From Leptospirales bacterium (lineage in GTDB: Bacteria > Spirochaetota > Leptospiria > Turneriellales > JAOUFE01): a stretch of DNA of 64,000 nucleotides. A program made the position numbers and the translations under genes. Location of the stretch: the NCBI GenBank assembly GCA_040326155.1, contig JBEQLE010000009.1:2889-66888 (forward strand), read 5' to 3'. The notes under the pieces are model-generated. The model had not been told where the DNA came from. It saw only the letters and a program-made list of their open reading frames with translations, and made no database searches. Below, one piece after another: positions 29,492-39,355 of this stretch (its first letter is position 1; every line of letters begins with the position of its first letter).

Positions 29492-30745
29492 TTATACGTA
29501 TCGTAAGGCGTCAATAATTCTGGTCTTGGAACCTTTCACGGCAGGTAAAATCGAAGCCAGCAATGCAGTCACCACATTTACAGTAAGCGCTTGCACCAAG
29601 ACTATATTTGTCCTCGTGAATACGATCGGGGTTGGTTTATCTTGTCCCGGCCCCGGAGGAAGACTCAAGTCCATAGAGTTTATCCATGGCATTAAAATTA
29701 AAGCAATCATTATACCCAGCCCCGCCCCGATCAGCCCAGTTAAAAAACCTTCGGCGACAAAGTTTCGAATGACTTCACCACGACTTGCCCCCATTGCGCG
29801 CAGTGTACCGATTTCCCGAAATCGCTCATGGATAGACATATACATAGTATTTTGAATATTGAAAATGATTACCAGAAAAACTATAAATCCGACAACGACA
29901 ATCATTCCCCGAAACATTCCAACTACTTGTTTTAAGAAAACAGCTAAAGTCTCCCAGTCTCTAATTTCAAGGTTCAGCCTGTTTTTATCGATATAAGATT
30001 GCATCGCCGCCATTGTTTCCGGAAGTTTTTCGTGATCGTTTAAAAATACAAGCAAGCGGTGTGCTCTCTCTTCCAGTATCAGCATCCAGGCCGATTCAAT
30101 CGGCATATAAATAATAACTTTCTCCTGTTCGGGCATCAGGGCGTCGTATATACCTCGGACTGTTACCCAGATAGCCTCTTGAGACCCAAAAGATGTACTC
30201 ACAAAAGCAATGAGGGGATCGCCAACACCTACTTTTAATTTTTTAGCCATGGCTTCCCCAATAACAATTCCGGTAGGGTCAGATGAAGATAGGGGACTTC
30301 CTTCCACAATGGTCGGTGACATTAGACCTTCTACCGTTGGGTCTCCCGCAATGGCAGAAAAAATAGCAGAGTTCGATTGGGTTCCAATAATACCAACAAG
30401 GTGCAACCGAGTATTTACAAAATCAACACTTTTGAATTCAAGAGCAAACGATTTTAATTGGTCCAGGGTTTCTTTACTCATCATATGTTCAGGTGAGTTT
30501 TCATCGGCATCAAAATAACCTTTTTCGGCAATTTGAAAATGGCCATATTGATTATTTATAGCGTCATTTTTTAAACCAAGATGCATAGAATTCACATAAC
30601 TGCTTAAAAGAACAAGCATCAGGGTTCCAATGCTAATACCCGACATGGTCATAATGGTTCTGCGCCGATTGCGTGTAATGTTTTTTAGAGCCAATTTAAA
30701 AAACTGATAAATATTATAGCTCAAAGAATAGATTATTGTTTTCAT
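29492..30745 (-). CDS. ABC transporter permease, FtsX/MacB/LolCE type
   Basis: TM1, a large periplasmic domain, then three C-terminal TMs with the FtsX-like REIGTLRAMGASRGEV motif. 4-nt overlap with the ATPase gene. Confidence 0.8.
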   Translation of the reverse strand: MKTIIYSLSYNIYQFFKLALKNITRNRRRTIMTMSGISIGTLMLVLLSSYVNSMHLGLKNDAINNQYGHFQIAEKGYFDADENSPEHMMSKETLDQLKSFALEFKSVDFVNTRLHLVGIIGTQSNSAIFSAIAGDPTVEGLMSPTIVEGSPLSSSDPTGIVIGEAMAKKLKVGVGDPLIAFVSTSFGSQEAIWVTVRGIYDALMPEQEKVIIYMPIESAWMLILEERAHRLLVFLNDHEKLPETMAAMQSYIDKNRLNLEIRDWETLAVFLKQVVGMFRGMIVVVGFIVFLVIIFNIQNTMYMSIHERFREIGTLRAMGASRGEVIRNFVAEGFLTGLIGAGLGIMIALILMPWINSMDLSLPPGPGQDKPTPIVFTRTNIVLVQALTVNVVTALLASILPAVKGSKTRIIDALRYV

Positions 30746-31449
30746 TGGTTTTTACCTTGTTTACCTTGTTTGGTTTTTTTGTCGATAATTTTTCCATCTT
30801 TTAATATTATTGTCCGGTGAGACAAAGATATAACTTCCGGATCATGGCTGGCTAATACAAACGTGACTTTTTTTTCCTTGTTCATTTTTTCCATATATTT
30901 TAAAATGGAAGCTCCCGTTTTGGAGTCGAGATTTGCCGTAGGTTCATCTGCCAATATAATAGAAGGGTTTTTTGCAAAAGCCCGGGCGATGGAAACTCGT
31001 TGTTGTTGCCCACCGGAGATCTCATTTGGATAACGTTTCGCAAAATCGAGCAGTTCGACTTCTTCAAGCGCAGTCATCACCATGTTGCGGCGTTCTATTA
31101 TATTCGGGACAGTTTTTAAAATAGGATATTCTATATTTTCATACACTGTCAAAGTTGGTATAAGGTTAAAATTCTGGAAAATAAAGCCAAGATAATTTCT
31201 TCTGAGTCGGGTCAGCTCTTTCTCTTTTTTGTGTTCAATCTCTATGGAGTCGAGAATCAACTTGCCTTCGGTTGGTTCATCTATTAAACCAATAATATTC
31301 AGAAGTGTGGTTTTTCCACTTCCGGAGGCCCCGGCAATAACTGTAAATTCGCCTTTTTTTATTTCAAGCGAAATATTTTGCAGGGCTATCGCCGGAACCT
31401 TCCCAGGATAGTAAGTTTTCGAAACATTTTGTAGTTCAATCATATTCAT
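30742..31449 (-). CDS. ABC transporter ATP-binding protein (MacB/LolD type)
   Basis: Walker A GASGSGKTT, signature ISGGQQQRV, Walker B ILADEPT. Confidence 0.9.
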   Translation of the reverse strand: MNMIELQNVSKTYYPGKVPAIALQNISLEIKKGEFTVIAGASGSGKTTLLNIIGLIDEPTEGKLILDSIEIEHKKEKELTRLRRNYLGFIFQNFNLIPTLTVYENIEYPILKTVPNIIERRNMVMTALEEVELLDFAKRYPNEISGGQQQRVSIARAFAKNPSIILADEPTANLDSKTGASILKYMEKMNKEKKVTFVLASHDPEVISLSHRTIILKDGKIIDKKTKQGKQGKNQ

Positions 31450-31467
31450 TGTTTGGCTTCTTTATTT

Positions 31468-32271
31468 TTATTTTTTGCTTCTATCTAGTTTTTTTTCTAC
31501 ATCCTGATATAATTTAAGGGCATGCGAATGCAATAAAGCCGTGTCTATAAGTATCATTTGCTTTTCTACTTCGATCCAATTTTTTTCTTCTACATCCAGC
31601 ATAGCCTGGGCCAGGTAGACTTCCATTAACCCATTTTTAAAATATGGATTTTCTTTTACATCAATTGGTAACTTTGAATAACCTTCGATGTATACTTTAA
31701 TATCTGCTCGGTGAATAATATCAGGGCGTCCCGTGGCGGAATTCAGATTCATATTAATTCGAATTCGGCCAAGACGCGCTTCGAGGTTGTCAGGGTATCG
31801 GTCGACAACCAAACTATAAAGATTACGTGATCTAAAAATATATTCTATAAGCGTTTGAATATTCAATTCAGGATTCGCTCCCTGGCTGGCATATGCATTT
31901 GCCATCAATATTTGAATTCTGGGATTGGTAAAATCTTTTTTCCATAGAATTTTATAAACAACAAAAGCCTTTCCAATATATTCAGCAGCGGTTTTGTTTC
32001 CAGGCGGCAAAAGAGCTCCCCGGATATAATAAAAGTTTGCATAATAAAGTAGTGTTTGAGTATCTTTAGGATTCACTTTTTTCGCTTTATCTGCCTGCGC
32101 CTCGGATGTAAAATTGGTTTTGTAAAGGTCTTTAAAATAGGGCTTACTTTCGGCGGCGCTCGCCGCATATTTACTTGTTGAAAAATTTACCAAAAAGAGA
32201 ATGGTTACCAGGATGGTCATCACTTTGCTTTTATTCACTGTTCTGTATTTCATAGAGTTAGCATAGGCCAA
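31468..32271 (-). CDS. Hypothetical secreted helical protein, first gene of the ABC operon
   Basis: N-terminal hydrophobic anchor/signal, helical repeat-like body. Located 18 nt upstream of the ATPase gene. Confidence 0.5.
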   Translation of the reverse strand: MAYANSMKYRTVNKSKVMTILVTILFLVNFSTSKYAASAAESKPYFKDLYKTNFTSEAQADKAKKVNPKDTQTLLYYANFYYIRGALLPPGNKTAAEYIGKAFVVYKILWKKDFTNPRIQILMANAYASQGANPELNIQTLIEYIFRSRNLYSLVVDRYPDNLEARLGRIRINMNLNSATGRPDIIHRADIKVYIEGYSKLPIDVKENPYFKNGLMEVYLAQAMLDVEEKNWIEVEKQMILIDTALLHSHALKLYQDVEKKLDRSKK

Positions 32272-32454
32272 TTTTTTTGGAATGTAAATAGTACAAGTGA
32301 CCTTTTGTTGAAAAAAACATGTAGTACTTTTATACTACGATGATAAAATATCGTATATTCCAATGTATAACACCATACAACTCGAGTTCACGAAAAACGT
32401 CTGGTTTCAATTTAAGAAAACAATATTTTAAGGATTAAAGCAGTTCAGGGCTTT

Positions 32455-33369
32455 TTATTTTGAAGCAGTATTATTGATAAGGTTTTGCAATTTCCCACGC
32501 GAGGATATTTCGGTTTTTTCAAAGATATTTGAGATGTGGTTTCGAACCGTGCTTGGCGATAAAAACAGTTTTGATGCAATTTCTTTATTGCTCAACCCTA
32601 GTTGAATCATTTCGATAATCTCTTGTTCACGATTCGTAATTTTGTAATCCAATATAAAGGTTCGTGTTAAAGTATTTGTATCATTTTTATAAAGCGAATT
32701 CGCTTTAAATAAAACTATTATGGTTGCTATGTTTGTGAGAAGATAGGTCAGTGGTTGGGCCATAATCCCTTTCGGGTATTGGCTGGATTGAATCTGATTC
32801 ATTTGCATTATTCCTTCCAGTATTACTATGGGCAAATAAAATAGTGGGAAAATAAACATTACTTTTGCAATGTACTTAAACAAAAGGTCATCGATGTATC
32901 GGTATTTTGTGCCCAGCACAATGTAATATGAAATTTGAGATAAAAACCATATGCCCATACTGATTGTACCGGTTACCGGGTTTATAAATTTTAATAAAAC
33001 CAGTGTCGCCATAGCCGAAGGGATAACAGCGAAGAAAAGAACGCTATATTTTATTGTTTTTGTCCAATCAACTCCGGCGACAAATAAAAACGTACGCCCC
33101 TGGTAATAGATCATGGGTCCAATGAAATAAAGACTTAGAATTGTGTTGGCTATTATAGCATTAAAAAAATCGGAGTAAAGATCAGTATTGATAAACCCAT
33201 AGAGTGAAATGGAATGCAAAGTCATATAAAATGAAAACGCAATCTGTTGAATTAGTGCAAAGCGCAGAAGTGGATGTCTATATCTGGCATTTAAATATAT
33301 CAATAATCCGACAAAGCCAAACCCGACTATAATAGCAAATAGAAAGAATAAAAGAGGCAAATGTTGCAC
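32455..33369 (-). CDS. Membrane-embedded LuxR/GerE-family transcription regulator
   Basis: About 7 predicted TM helices, then REQEIIEMIQLGLSNKEIASKLFLSPSTVRNHISNIFEK (LuxR-type HTH). Confidence 0.7.
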   Translation of the reverse strand: MQHLPLLFFLFAIIVGFGFVGLLIYLNARYRHPLLRFALIQQIAFSFYMTLHSISLYGFINTDLYSDFFNAIIANTILSLYFIGPMIYYQGRTFLFVAGVDWTKTIKYSVLFFAVIPSAMATLVLLKFINPVTGTISMGIWFLSQISYYIVLGTKYRYIDDLLFKYIAKVMFIFPLFYLPIVILEGIMQMNQIQSSQYPKGIMAQPLTYLLTNIATIIVLFKANSLYKNDTNTLTRTFILDYKITNREQEIIEMIQLGLSNKEIASKLFLSPSTVRNHISNIFEKTEISSRGKLQNLINNTASK

Positions 33370-33590
33370 ATGTCTACATGTTAACTATGAGGTATACTTT
33401 CAACATATATTATTGATTAGGAATTCTCACTTAAAAGAGCCATGCTTTATATAATAGCCAGTTTCTTTATTCTAAATATAGATTTACAATCAATGTGTGC
33501 ATCTTATTTGTGTTGTATCGATTTGTTTAATGATCAGGGCAAAACTCGACTACCTGGTCTACCTTCGAACAATATATTCGATACAGTATA

Positions 33591-34445
33591 ATGATTCTAC
33601 AAGCTGAAAAACCGAAAAAAAGCGACATAACGTCGCCTAAACTTATTGCCGTAAAACCTTTTTTAAAGTGGGCGGGTGGAAAATCGCAGCTATTATCACG
33701 GTTAGAGCAATTTATTCCAGAAAAATACAATAAGTATATAGAACCTTTTGTTGGCGGTGGAGCTTTGTTTTTCCGTATGCAGCCCGAAAGAGCGGTACTC
33801 GCCGATTCCAATGAAGAATTGATTATTACTTATAAACAGATTCAAAAAAATTTACCAAAAATCTTAATGGCGCTACAAAATTTTAAAAATGAAGAAGAGT
33901 TTTATTATACAACCAGGGCTGTGGACCCAAGTAAACTTTCCTTAATTGAAAGGGCCGCTAGATTGCTCTATTTAAATAAAACCTGTTATAACGGACTTTA
34001 CAGGGTTAACAAGAAAGGACAATTCAATGTTCCATACGGAAAAACTTCAGGAAATTTTTCCAACCGTGAGGTTCTAAATAATGCCAGGAAGGTTTTACAC
34101 GGCGTTAAAATTGAACATGGCCCTTACGATAAAACTTTAGCAAAACATGCGGAGCCCGGTGATTTTATTTTTCTCGATCCACCGTATTACCCGGTCGGCC
34201 CGTCATCTGATTTTAAAAGGTACACAAAAGATTTTTTCTATGAAAAAGATCATGTTCTGCTGAAAAACGAATTTGACAGACTTGTCGACCTGGGGTGTAA
34301 AGTCGTACTTACAAATTCGAGTCATCCCTTTATCGTAGACTTGTATAAAAAATACGAAATGCAAATAGTTGCTACAAAAAGGTTAATAAGTTGTAATGCG
34401 CAAACCCGCTCGGGAAAAGACATAATAGTCATTGGCGAAAAATAA
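33591..34445 (+). CDS. Dam-like (alpha-class, D12) N6-adenine DNA methyltransferase, M1 of an R-M module
   Basis: KPFLKWAGGKSQLL, EPFVGGGALF (motif I) and FLDPPYYP (motif IV). Confidence 0.85.
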   Translation: MILQAEKPKKSDITSPKLIAVKPFLKWAGGKSQLLSRLEQFIPEKYNKYIEPFVGGGALFFRMQPERAVLADSNEELIITYKQIQKNLPKILMALQNFKNEEEFYYTTRAVDPSKLSLIERAARLLYLNKTCYNGLYRVNKKGQFNVPYGKTSGNFSNREVLNNARKVLHGVKIEHGPYDKTLAKHAEPGDFIFLDPPYYPVGPSSDFKRYTKDFFYEKDHVLLKNEFDRLVDLGCKVVLTNSSHPFIVDLYKKYEMQIVATKRLISCNAQTRSGKDIIVIGEK

Positions 34446-34447
34446 TA

Positions 34448-35491
34448 ATGAAACAAGTTTCAATTCCCATGGAAGATCAATTTAAATATTTTCCCGGTTC
34501 TCGCTACATGGGAAGTAAAACAAAAATTGTAGGTGAAATTGGTCGCGCTCTTGACAAGATAAATTTTGAGACTTTTTATGATGCTTTTGCAGGCAGCAAC
34601 GTTGTAGCCTATTATATGAAATGTAAAGGAAAGCAGGTTTTTACAAATGATTTTATGAGTATGAGCTATAGCCAGTCAAAAGCGTTAGTAGAAAACTCCA
34701 ATATACTTCTTGAATCAAATGATATTAAGTTTTTAATAACAAACCAGAATGATTACTCTTTTATTACAAACAATTTTCATGGCTTATATTTTAGTAAAGA
34801 AGAAAACAGATTTCTTGAAAACACAAGAGCAAATATTGATTTGCTTGATTCGGAATATAAAAAGTCCATTGCGTTGGCCGCTCTTGCCAGAGCCTGTATT
34901 AAAAAAAGACCGAGAGGTATTTTTACTTATGTCGGAGACAGATATAATGATGGCCGCAAGGATCTAAAAAAAACAATGGAGACACACTTTAAAGAAAATA
35001 TAGACTTGTTTAATGCGGCTGTCTTTGACAACGGCAAAAAACATGTCGCTTATAATCAAAGAACCGAAGAGTTGAAAGTTAGAGCTGATGTTGTTTATTT
35101 AGACCCCCCTTATTATACATTGAATTCAGACAATGATTATGTTCGTCGTTATCACTTTGTAGAAGGGTTGATAAATAAATGGGAAAATGTTGAAATACAA
35201 AAGCATACAAAAACAAAAAAGTTTAAAAGTTATACGTCATCCTTTTCGGTAAAAGTAGATGCATATAATGCTTTTGAAAAATTAATCGATTGTTATCGCG
35301 AATCTATTATATTGATATCTTACTCTTCAAATTCGCTGCCAACCAGAGATGAATTAGTTGACTTATTAAAAAACTTTAAGACAACCGTTGAGGTCACAGA
35401 AATTAATCATACTTATTCATTTGGTAACCAAAACCATAAAACAGGGAACGTGAACAACCGGGTAAAAGAGTATCTGTTTCTGGCATATTAG
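34448..35491 (+). CDS. Second alpha-class N6-adenine DNA methyltransferase, M2
   Basis: RYMGSKTKIV, DAFAGSNVVAYY (motif I variant) and VYLDPPYYT (motif IV). The start is 3 nt after the M1 stop. Confidence 0.75.
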   Translation: MKQVSIPMEDQFKYFPGSRYMGSKTKIVGEIGRALDKINFETFYDAFAGSNVVAYYMKCKGKQVFTNDFMSMSYSQSKALVENSNILLESNDIKFLITNQNDYSFITNNFHGLYFSKEENRFLENTRANIDLLDSEYKKSIALAALARACIKKRPRGIFTYVGDRYNDGRKDLKKTMETHFKENIDLFNAAVFDNGKKHVAYNQRTEELKVRADVVYLDPPYYTLNSDNDYVRRYHFVEGLINKWENVEIQKHTKTKKFKSYTSSFSVKVDAYNAFEKLIDCYRESIILISYSSNSLPTRDELVDLLKNFKTTVEVTEINHTYSFGNQNHKTGNVNNRVKEYLFLAY

Positions 35492-35498
35492 GTACGAT

Positions 35499-37247
35499 AT
35501 GGCGCTGGTTTGGAACATAGGAAATACAACTGTCAGGAATCCGAAACGGATTGAAAAAGCTCTAAAGGTTTTTTTAGACGAGGGTTTTTCAGGTAATGCA
35601 AAAGGGAAGATCGCTGAAAAAAGGATTCACCGTAAATTAAAAGAAGCTGGTGTTCTCGATTTTGAAGGGGAATCTTCTGACTGGGCTGGTCGAAAGTGGA
35701 GAGCCGCTTTTTATCAACTGGGTTTTATCAGTAAAGAAAATAAACATAATGCGCCTGACATAAAAGAGAATACGAACGAAAATTCTTTGTTTGCTGAGTC
35801 TGAGCGCGAAAATTCAAGACCTTTTGAAATATCCGAATCGGGACTCCGGCTAATTCATGCGACCGGTATTCCAGAAATTGAAGAAATATATACCCGTCAA
35901 TTTTTGTGCTACGAAATACCCAGTACTTTAGAACCAAATTTTCCCCAGGGCAAGATGAAACCTTTTGTTTTATTTTTGCAGGTTTTGCATGCACTTCATT
36001 TGCGCAACATGTCTGGTTTGACAAAAATTGAAACAGGTCTTTTTTTGCAACTTTTTCAAAACCATACAAACGAATTATATAATACTATTGTAGAAAAAAT
36101 TCTGATATATCGGTCCGATATGGAAGAGTGTAAAAGTACAGCCCAACGCAAAAAAGTAAAAGAACATTATTTGTCTGAGCTAAATAAGAATTATAAAATT
36201 AATCCGACTACGGTTACGAAAGATTATGCCGACACTACTTTTCGTTATTTCAGTTTGTCGGGTCTGTTTACACGAGAAAACAGTACAATTATTATACGTC
36301 CTAATAAACTTCACCATGTGCAAAAGATACTTGAAAAGGAACCCACCTTTTTATTTCAAAGTTCGAAAGATTATTTTCGCACTTTTTATAGCAATGACTA
36401 CGCACTGCCAATTGATGATAATCAGTTTAACTTGCATGATATTCAAACGATGGTCGCGGCATTGAAAGGCAGCGCCAAAGAGCTGGTTCAAGAAGCAAAG
36501 AACGTATCCATACAAAGTGATCTTAAAGAGCTAAACAAAGTTCGCTATCGTTTAATTGATTATCATAACCGGGAACGTGAAGAAGATTATGCCGCTCGCC
36601 AGGGCGAAGACGGGGCCATACAAGAAACAATCGATTATTTGAAAACATTGGCTGGCAAACCGTTTAGCGGTAAATGCGAAATTGACGATAGGCCAGCTTA
36701 TCTGGAATGGGCGGTCTGGCGAAGTTTTTTAGCTATTAATAATATTACCTGCCCGGTACATAAAACAAGAAGATTTCCCGTCGATGAAGATTTTCTCCCA
36801 CGAAACACTGCTCCCGGCGGGGGCCCAGACCTTATCTTTGAGTTTGAGAATTATTTTTTAGTGGTGGAAGTAACGTTGACAATTTCAAGCAGACAAATGG
36901 CCGTCGAAAGCGAGCCAGTCCGAAGGCATACAGCCAGGTACAAAATAGACAACATCGATAAAGATGTATATTGTCTGTTTGTAGCTCCTGAAATTGATAG
37001 TAACACAGCGGAAACCTTTCGCATCGGGGTCTGGTATGATCATAGTGAAGAAATCTTTTTGAATATTGTTCCCTTTAAAATTACAGAATTTATTGTTGTA
37101 ATGGAAACCCTCCTTACAAAGCGATTTAATAATGAAGACTTTAAAAATTTGTTAGACAGGTGTTTAATTTACCGCAATGTTCGCGCACCACAGTGGAAGG
37201 AAAATATTGGAAAGGAAATTGTTAGGTGGAAAAAAAGTGTTACATAA
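35499..37247 (+). CDS. AlwI-family-like Type IIS restriction (or nicking) endonuclease
   Basis: 582 aa. The blocks ADTTFRYFSLSGLF, GGGPDLIFEF..FLVVEVT (PD-ExK-like), ESEPVRRH and YCLFVAPEI resemble what I recall of Nt.BstNBI/MlyI/AlwI. It lies directly downstream of the two methyltransferases. Confidence 0.65.
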   Translation: MALVWNIGNTTVRNPKRIEKALKVFLDEGFSGNAKGKIAEKRIHRKLKEAGVLDFEGESSDWAGRKWRAAFYQLGFISKENKHNAPDIKENTNENSLFAESERENSRPFEISESGLRLIHATGIPEIEEIYTRQFLCYEIPSTLEPNFPQGKMKPFVLFLQVLHALHLRNMSGLTKIETGLFLQLFQNHTNELYNTIVEKILIYRSDMEECKSTAQRKKVKEHYLSELNKNYKINPTTVTKDYADTTFRYFSLSGLFTRENSTIIIRPNKLHHVQKILEKEPTFLFQSSKDYFRTFYSNDYALPIDDNQFNLHDIQTMVAALKGSAKELVQEAKNVSIQSDLKELNKVRYRLIDYHNREREEDYAARQGEDGAIQETIDYLKTLAGKPFSGKCEIDDRPAYLEWAVWRSFLAINNITCPVHKTRRFPVDEDFLPRNTAPGGGPDLIFEFENYFLVVEVTLTISSRQMAVESEPVRRHTARYKIDNIDKDVYCLFVAPEIDSNTAETFRIGVWYDHSEEIFLNIVPFKITEFIVVMETLLTKRFNNEDFKNLLDRCLIYRNVRAPQWKENIGKEIVRWKKSVT

Positions 37248-37288
37248 ATATGTATTGACGCCCACGATTTGCCTGCAAATGTTTCTAT

Positions 37289-37825
37289 ATGTATATTAAA
37301 CGACTCTCAATTCTTCTTGTTATATTTTATTTTGGTGTATCCTGTACATCGACTCAGAATCAGAATAAGGCGACTAGCAACCCAAAAATAAAAAAAGCGC
37401 AAACCCAATTTTTCGATGGAGAAAAACAAAAGCGAGAAGTATTTCGTATTTTTGCTTCTTCAGAAAACTATGCTGTAAAGCAACTTTCTTATGATGGTAA
37501 AATAGAAATAGGTGCCGACCCTGGTGGCGAACGATCTTTTAGCCATGATGTCGGAAAATACGATCTGGTAGACTTGTTTGTTACCGCTGTTTTCAGTGTC
37601 GAAGTTTATGCGGACTCAGGAAAAATATCAAAAATACGCACGATTAGACCGGCAAAGGTAAGCGAGCTTAATAAATTGATGGCTGAGGATATAACCAGAT
37701 TGCGTTTTGAATTTCCCGGCAAACATGTTGAACCAGTAAAATTCTATATCCAGTATGGAGTTTTACTTCAGAAAAAATTGAGTGAAGCGGACCGTAGAAA
37801 ATTACTTGAAGAAAACGCTCGGTAA
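37289..37825 (+). CDS. Hypothetical lipoprotein
   Basis: Signal peptide with the YFGVSC lipobox. The C-terminal region is vaguely TonB-C-like. Confidence 0.5.
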   Translation: MYIKRLSILLVIFYFGVSCTSTQNQNKATSNPKIKKAQTQFFDGEKQKREVFRIFASSENYAVKQLSYDGKIEIGADPGGERSFSHDVGKYDLVDLFVTAVFSVEVYADSGKISKIRTIRPAKVSELNKLMAEDITRLRFEFPGKHVEPVKFYIQYGVLLQKKLSEADRRKLLEENAR

Positions 37826-39355
37826 TTACTGCGGAGCGTAAATTAGTTCTTTCGGCAGTTTATTGAAGGGTAGGTATAAAAAGTCTGTCCCTAAAAATCG
37901 GCTATAAAGTATATAAAATAAAAAAGAAACTTCTCTTTGCAAAAACGGACGAAGGGCTTTATAATCTCTTGTATGATATGCCTTGACAATAATTGGTATT
38001 TGTATAATATTTTGTAAGGCCTTTTTTTGATCTTTTACCCAGAGATCTCTGAATGTTTCGACAATTTTTACGTGAATTTCTTTTGAATTGCGTTCTTTAA
38101 AAGTACATCTTTTAAAAATACCGATATCCCACCAATCTTTCAGAGTATATTTAATATATTCGAAAGGCAGCTCTCGGGCCATATTATTTCTACTCATAAA
38201 ACGGTGAATATAACCGGTTTTTCCTTCTCGTAAAAATTGCATAATTATTTTTAGAAAAAATACAGGACCCATATGGTAAAACATCAAGACTTTTTCTTTG
38301 TCCGTAAAGTGTGCAAAATGTAAGATGATGGTTTCATAAGTAAAGTCAAAATGATTGTTCAGGAACTGCATATATTTTTCTTTATTATCCTTGCGAGAAG
38401 CGCTTGAAACAAAATGACGTATCATATCCTGTCTCAGTGAGATGTTTTCTGCGCTCAGGTGAGTTTCGATATACACTGCCTTTTTTATTTTTTCAAGATC
38501 ATTTTGAATGTATTTTTCATTCATCGATAAAGTATATAAATAAGACTGGTTAAAAGGAGAATTTCCCCGGCTGTCTAGAAAATAAGGATCAACAATACAT
38601 GAGTTGACATCTTCTTTTGCTGTGACTTCTATTTTGTCACTTTCTTCTTCGTTTACAGTGACTATAAAATCTTCCAGATCTTTTTGATAAATAGTACCGA
38701 GATTGTACGTCAGCAGAGTGCTGTAATGTTCACGCAAAAAACCTTTGTCGTCAATTTTTGCATCCGGTTCAATTTTTAGAATATATGCCAGCCTGCGTAT
38801 AAGCAAATCGGTAATTTCACATAATTCCAACCGGGGGAACACTTTGTATTCTAAAACTTGTTCCATGAATGGGAGAGAAGAAGGGTTTGGTCGAAACGTT
38901 TCAATAATTTTTTTTACATGAGACCAGTTTTCAAATACCCTTTCGTTGAAATGACGTAAATATTCAAATACTTTAATCATCTTAACGAAATTTAATTTCG
39001 GGTCGCTTAATTCATCGGCACTAAACAAGGCGTGAAATATATGCATAGACTCAGATTCGAGTTCATGTGGTTCAAGGTGAGCCTCAACTTGTGAATACAT
39101 ACGCACAACTTGCATTAGCTCTCTATCAATATCTTCAATTTTTATACTTACTTGTGCACGAATTTCTTCAGGTACATTGCTTGACGAAAGGTACTGTCTT
39201 AACGTGTCCGCGCTTGTCATATGATTTTCGAGCGGTCGTAAGTAAGACTTATCAAACTCTTTCAGGGCTGGAATAGCCTCTGTTGAGTTTTGTGCGTCTA
39301 TATTTCCATAATCGAATTGTGGAGAATAAACAAATTTTCCGTCAACCTCAGACAT
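37826..39355 (-). CDS. Hypothetical cytoplasmic protein (509 aa), no motif recognised
   Basis: Long clean frame. Its ATG overlaps the stop of the upstream 1011-aa gene by 1 nt (TAATG), which implies translational coupling. Confidence 0.55.
   Translation of the reverse strand: MSEVDGKFVYSPQFDYGNIDAQNSTEAIPALKEFDKSYLRPLENHMTSADTLRQYLSSSNVPEEIRAQVSIKIEDIDRELMQVVRMYSQVEAHLEPHELESESMHIFHALFSADELSDPKLNFVKMIKVFEYLRHFNERVFENWSHVKKIIETFRPNPSSLPFMEQVLEYKVFPRLELCEITDLLIRRLAYILKIEPDAKIDDKGFLREHYSTLLTYNLGTIYQKDLEDFIVTVNEEESDKIEVTAKEDVNSCIVDPYFLDSRGNSPFNQSYLYTLSMNEKYIQNDLEKIKKAVYIETHLSAENISLRQDMIRHFVSSASRKDNKEKYMQFLNNHFDFTYETIILHFAHFTDKEKVLMFYHMGPVFFLKIIMQFLREGKTGYIHRFMSRNNMARELPFEYIKYTLKDWWDIGIFKRCTFKERNSKEIHVKIVETFRDLWVKDQKKALQNIIQIPIIVKAYHTRDYKALRPFLQREVSFLFYILYSRFLGTDFLYLPFNKLPKELIYAPQ

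Noticed and set aside
33527-33811. A 94-aa minus-strand ORF upstream of or overlapping the first methyltransferase, considered as a possible controller (C) protein.
   Set aside because: It is antisense to the conserved Dam N-terminus, has no HTH pattern, and has a Cys/Ser-rich odd composition.
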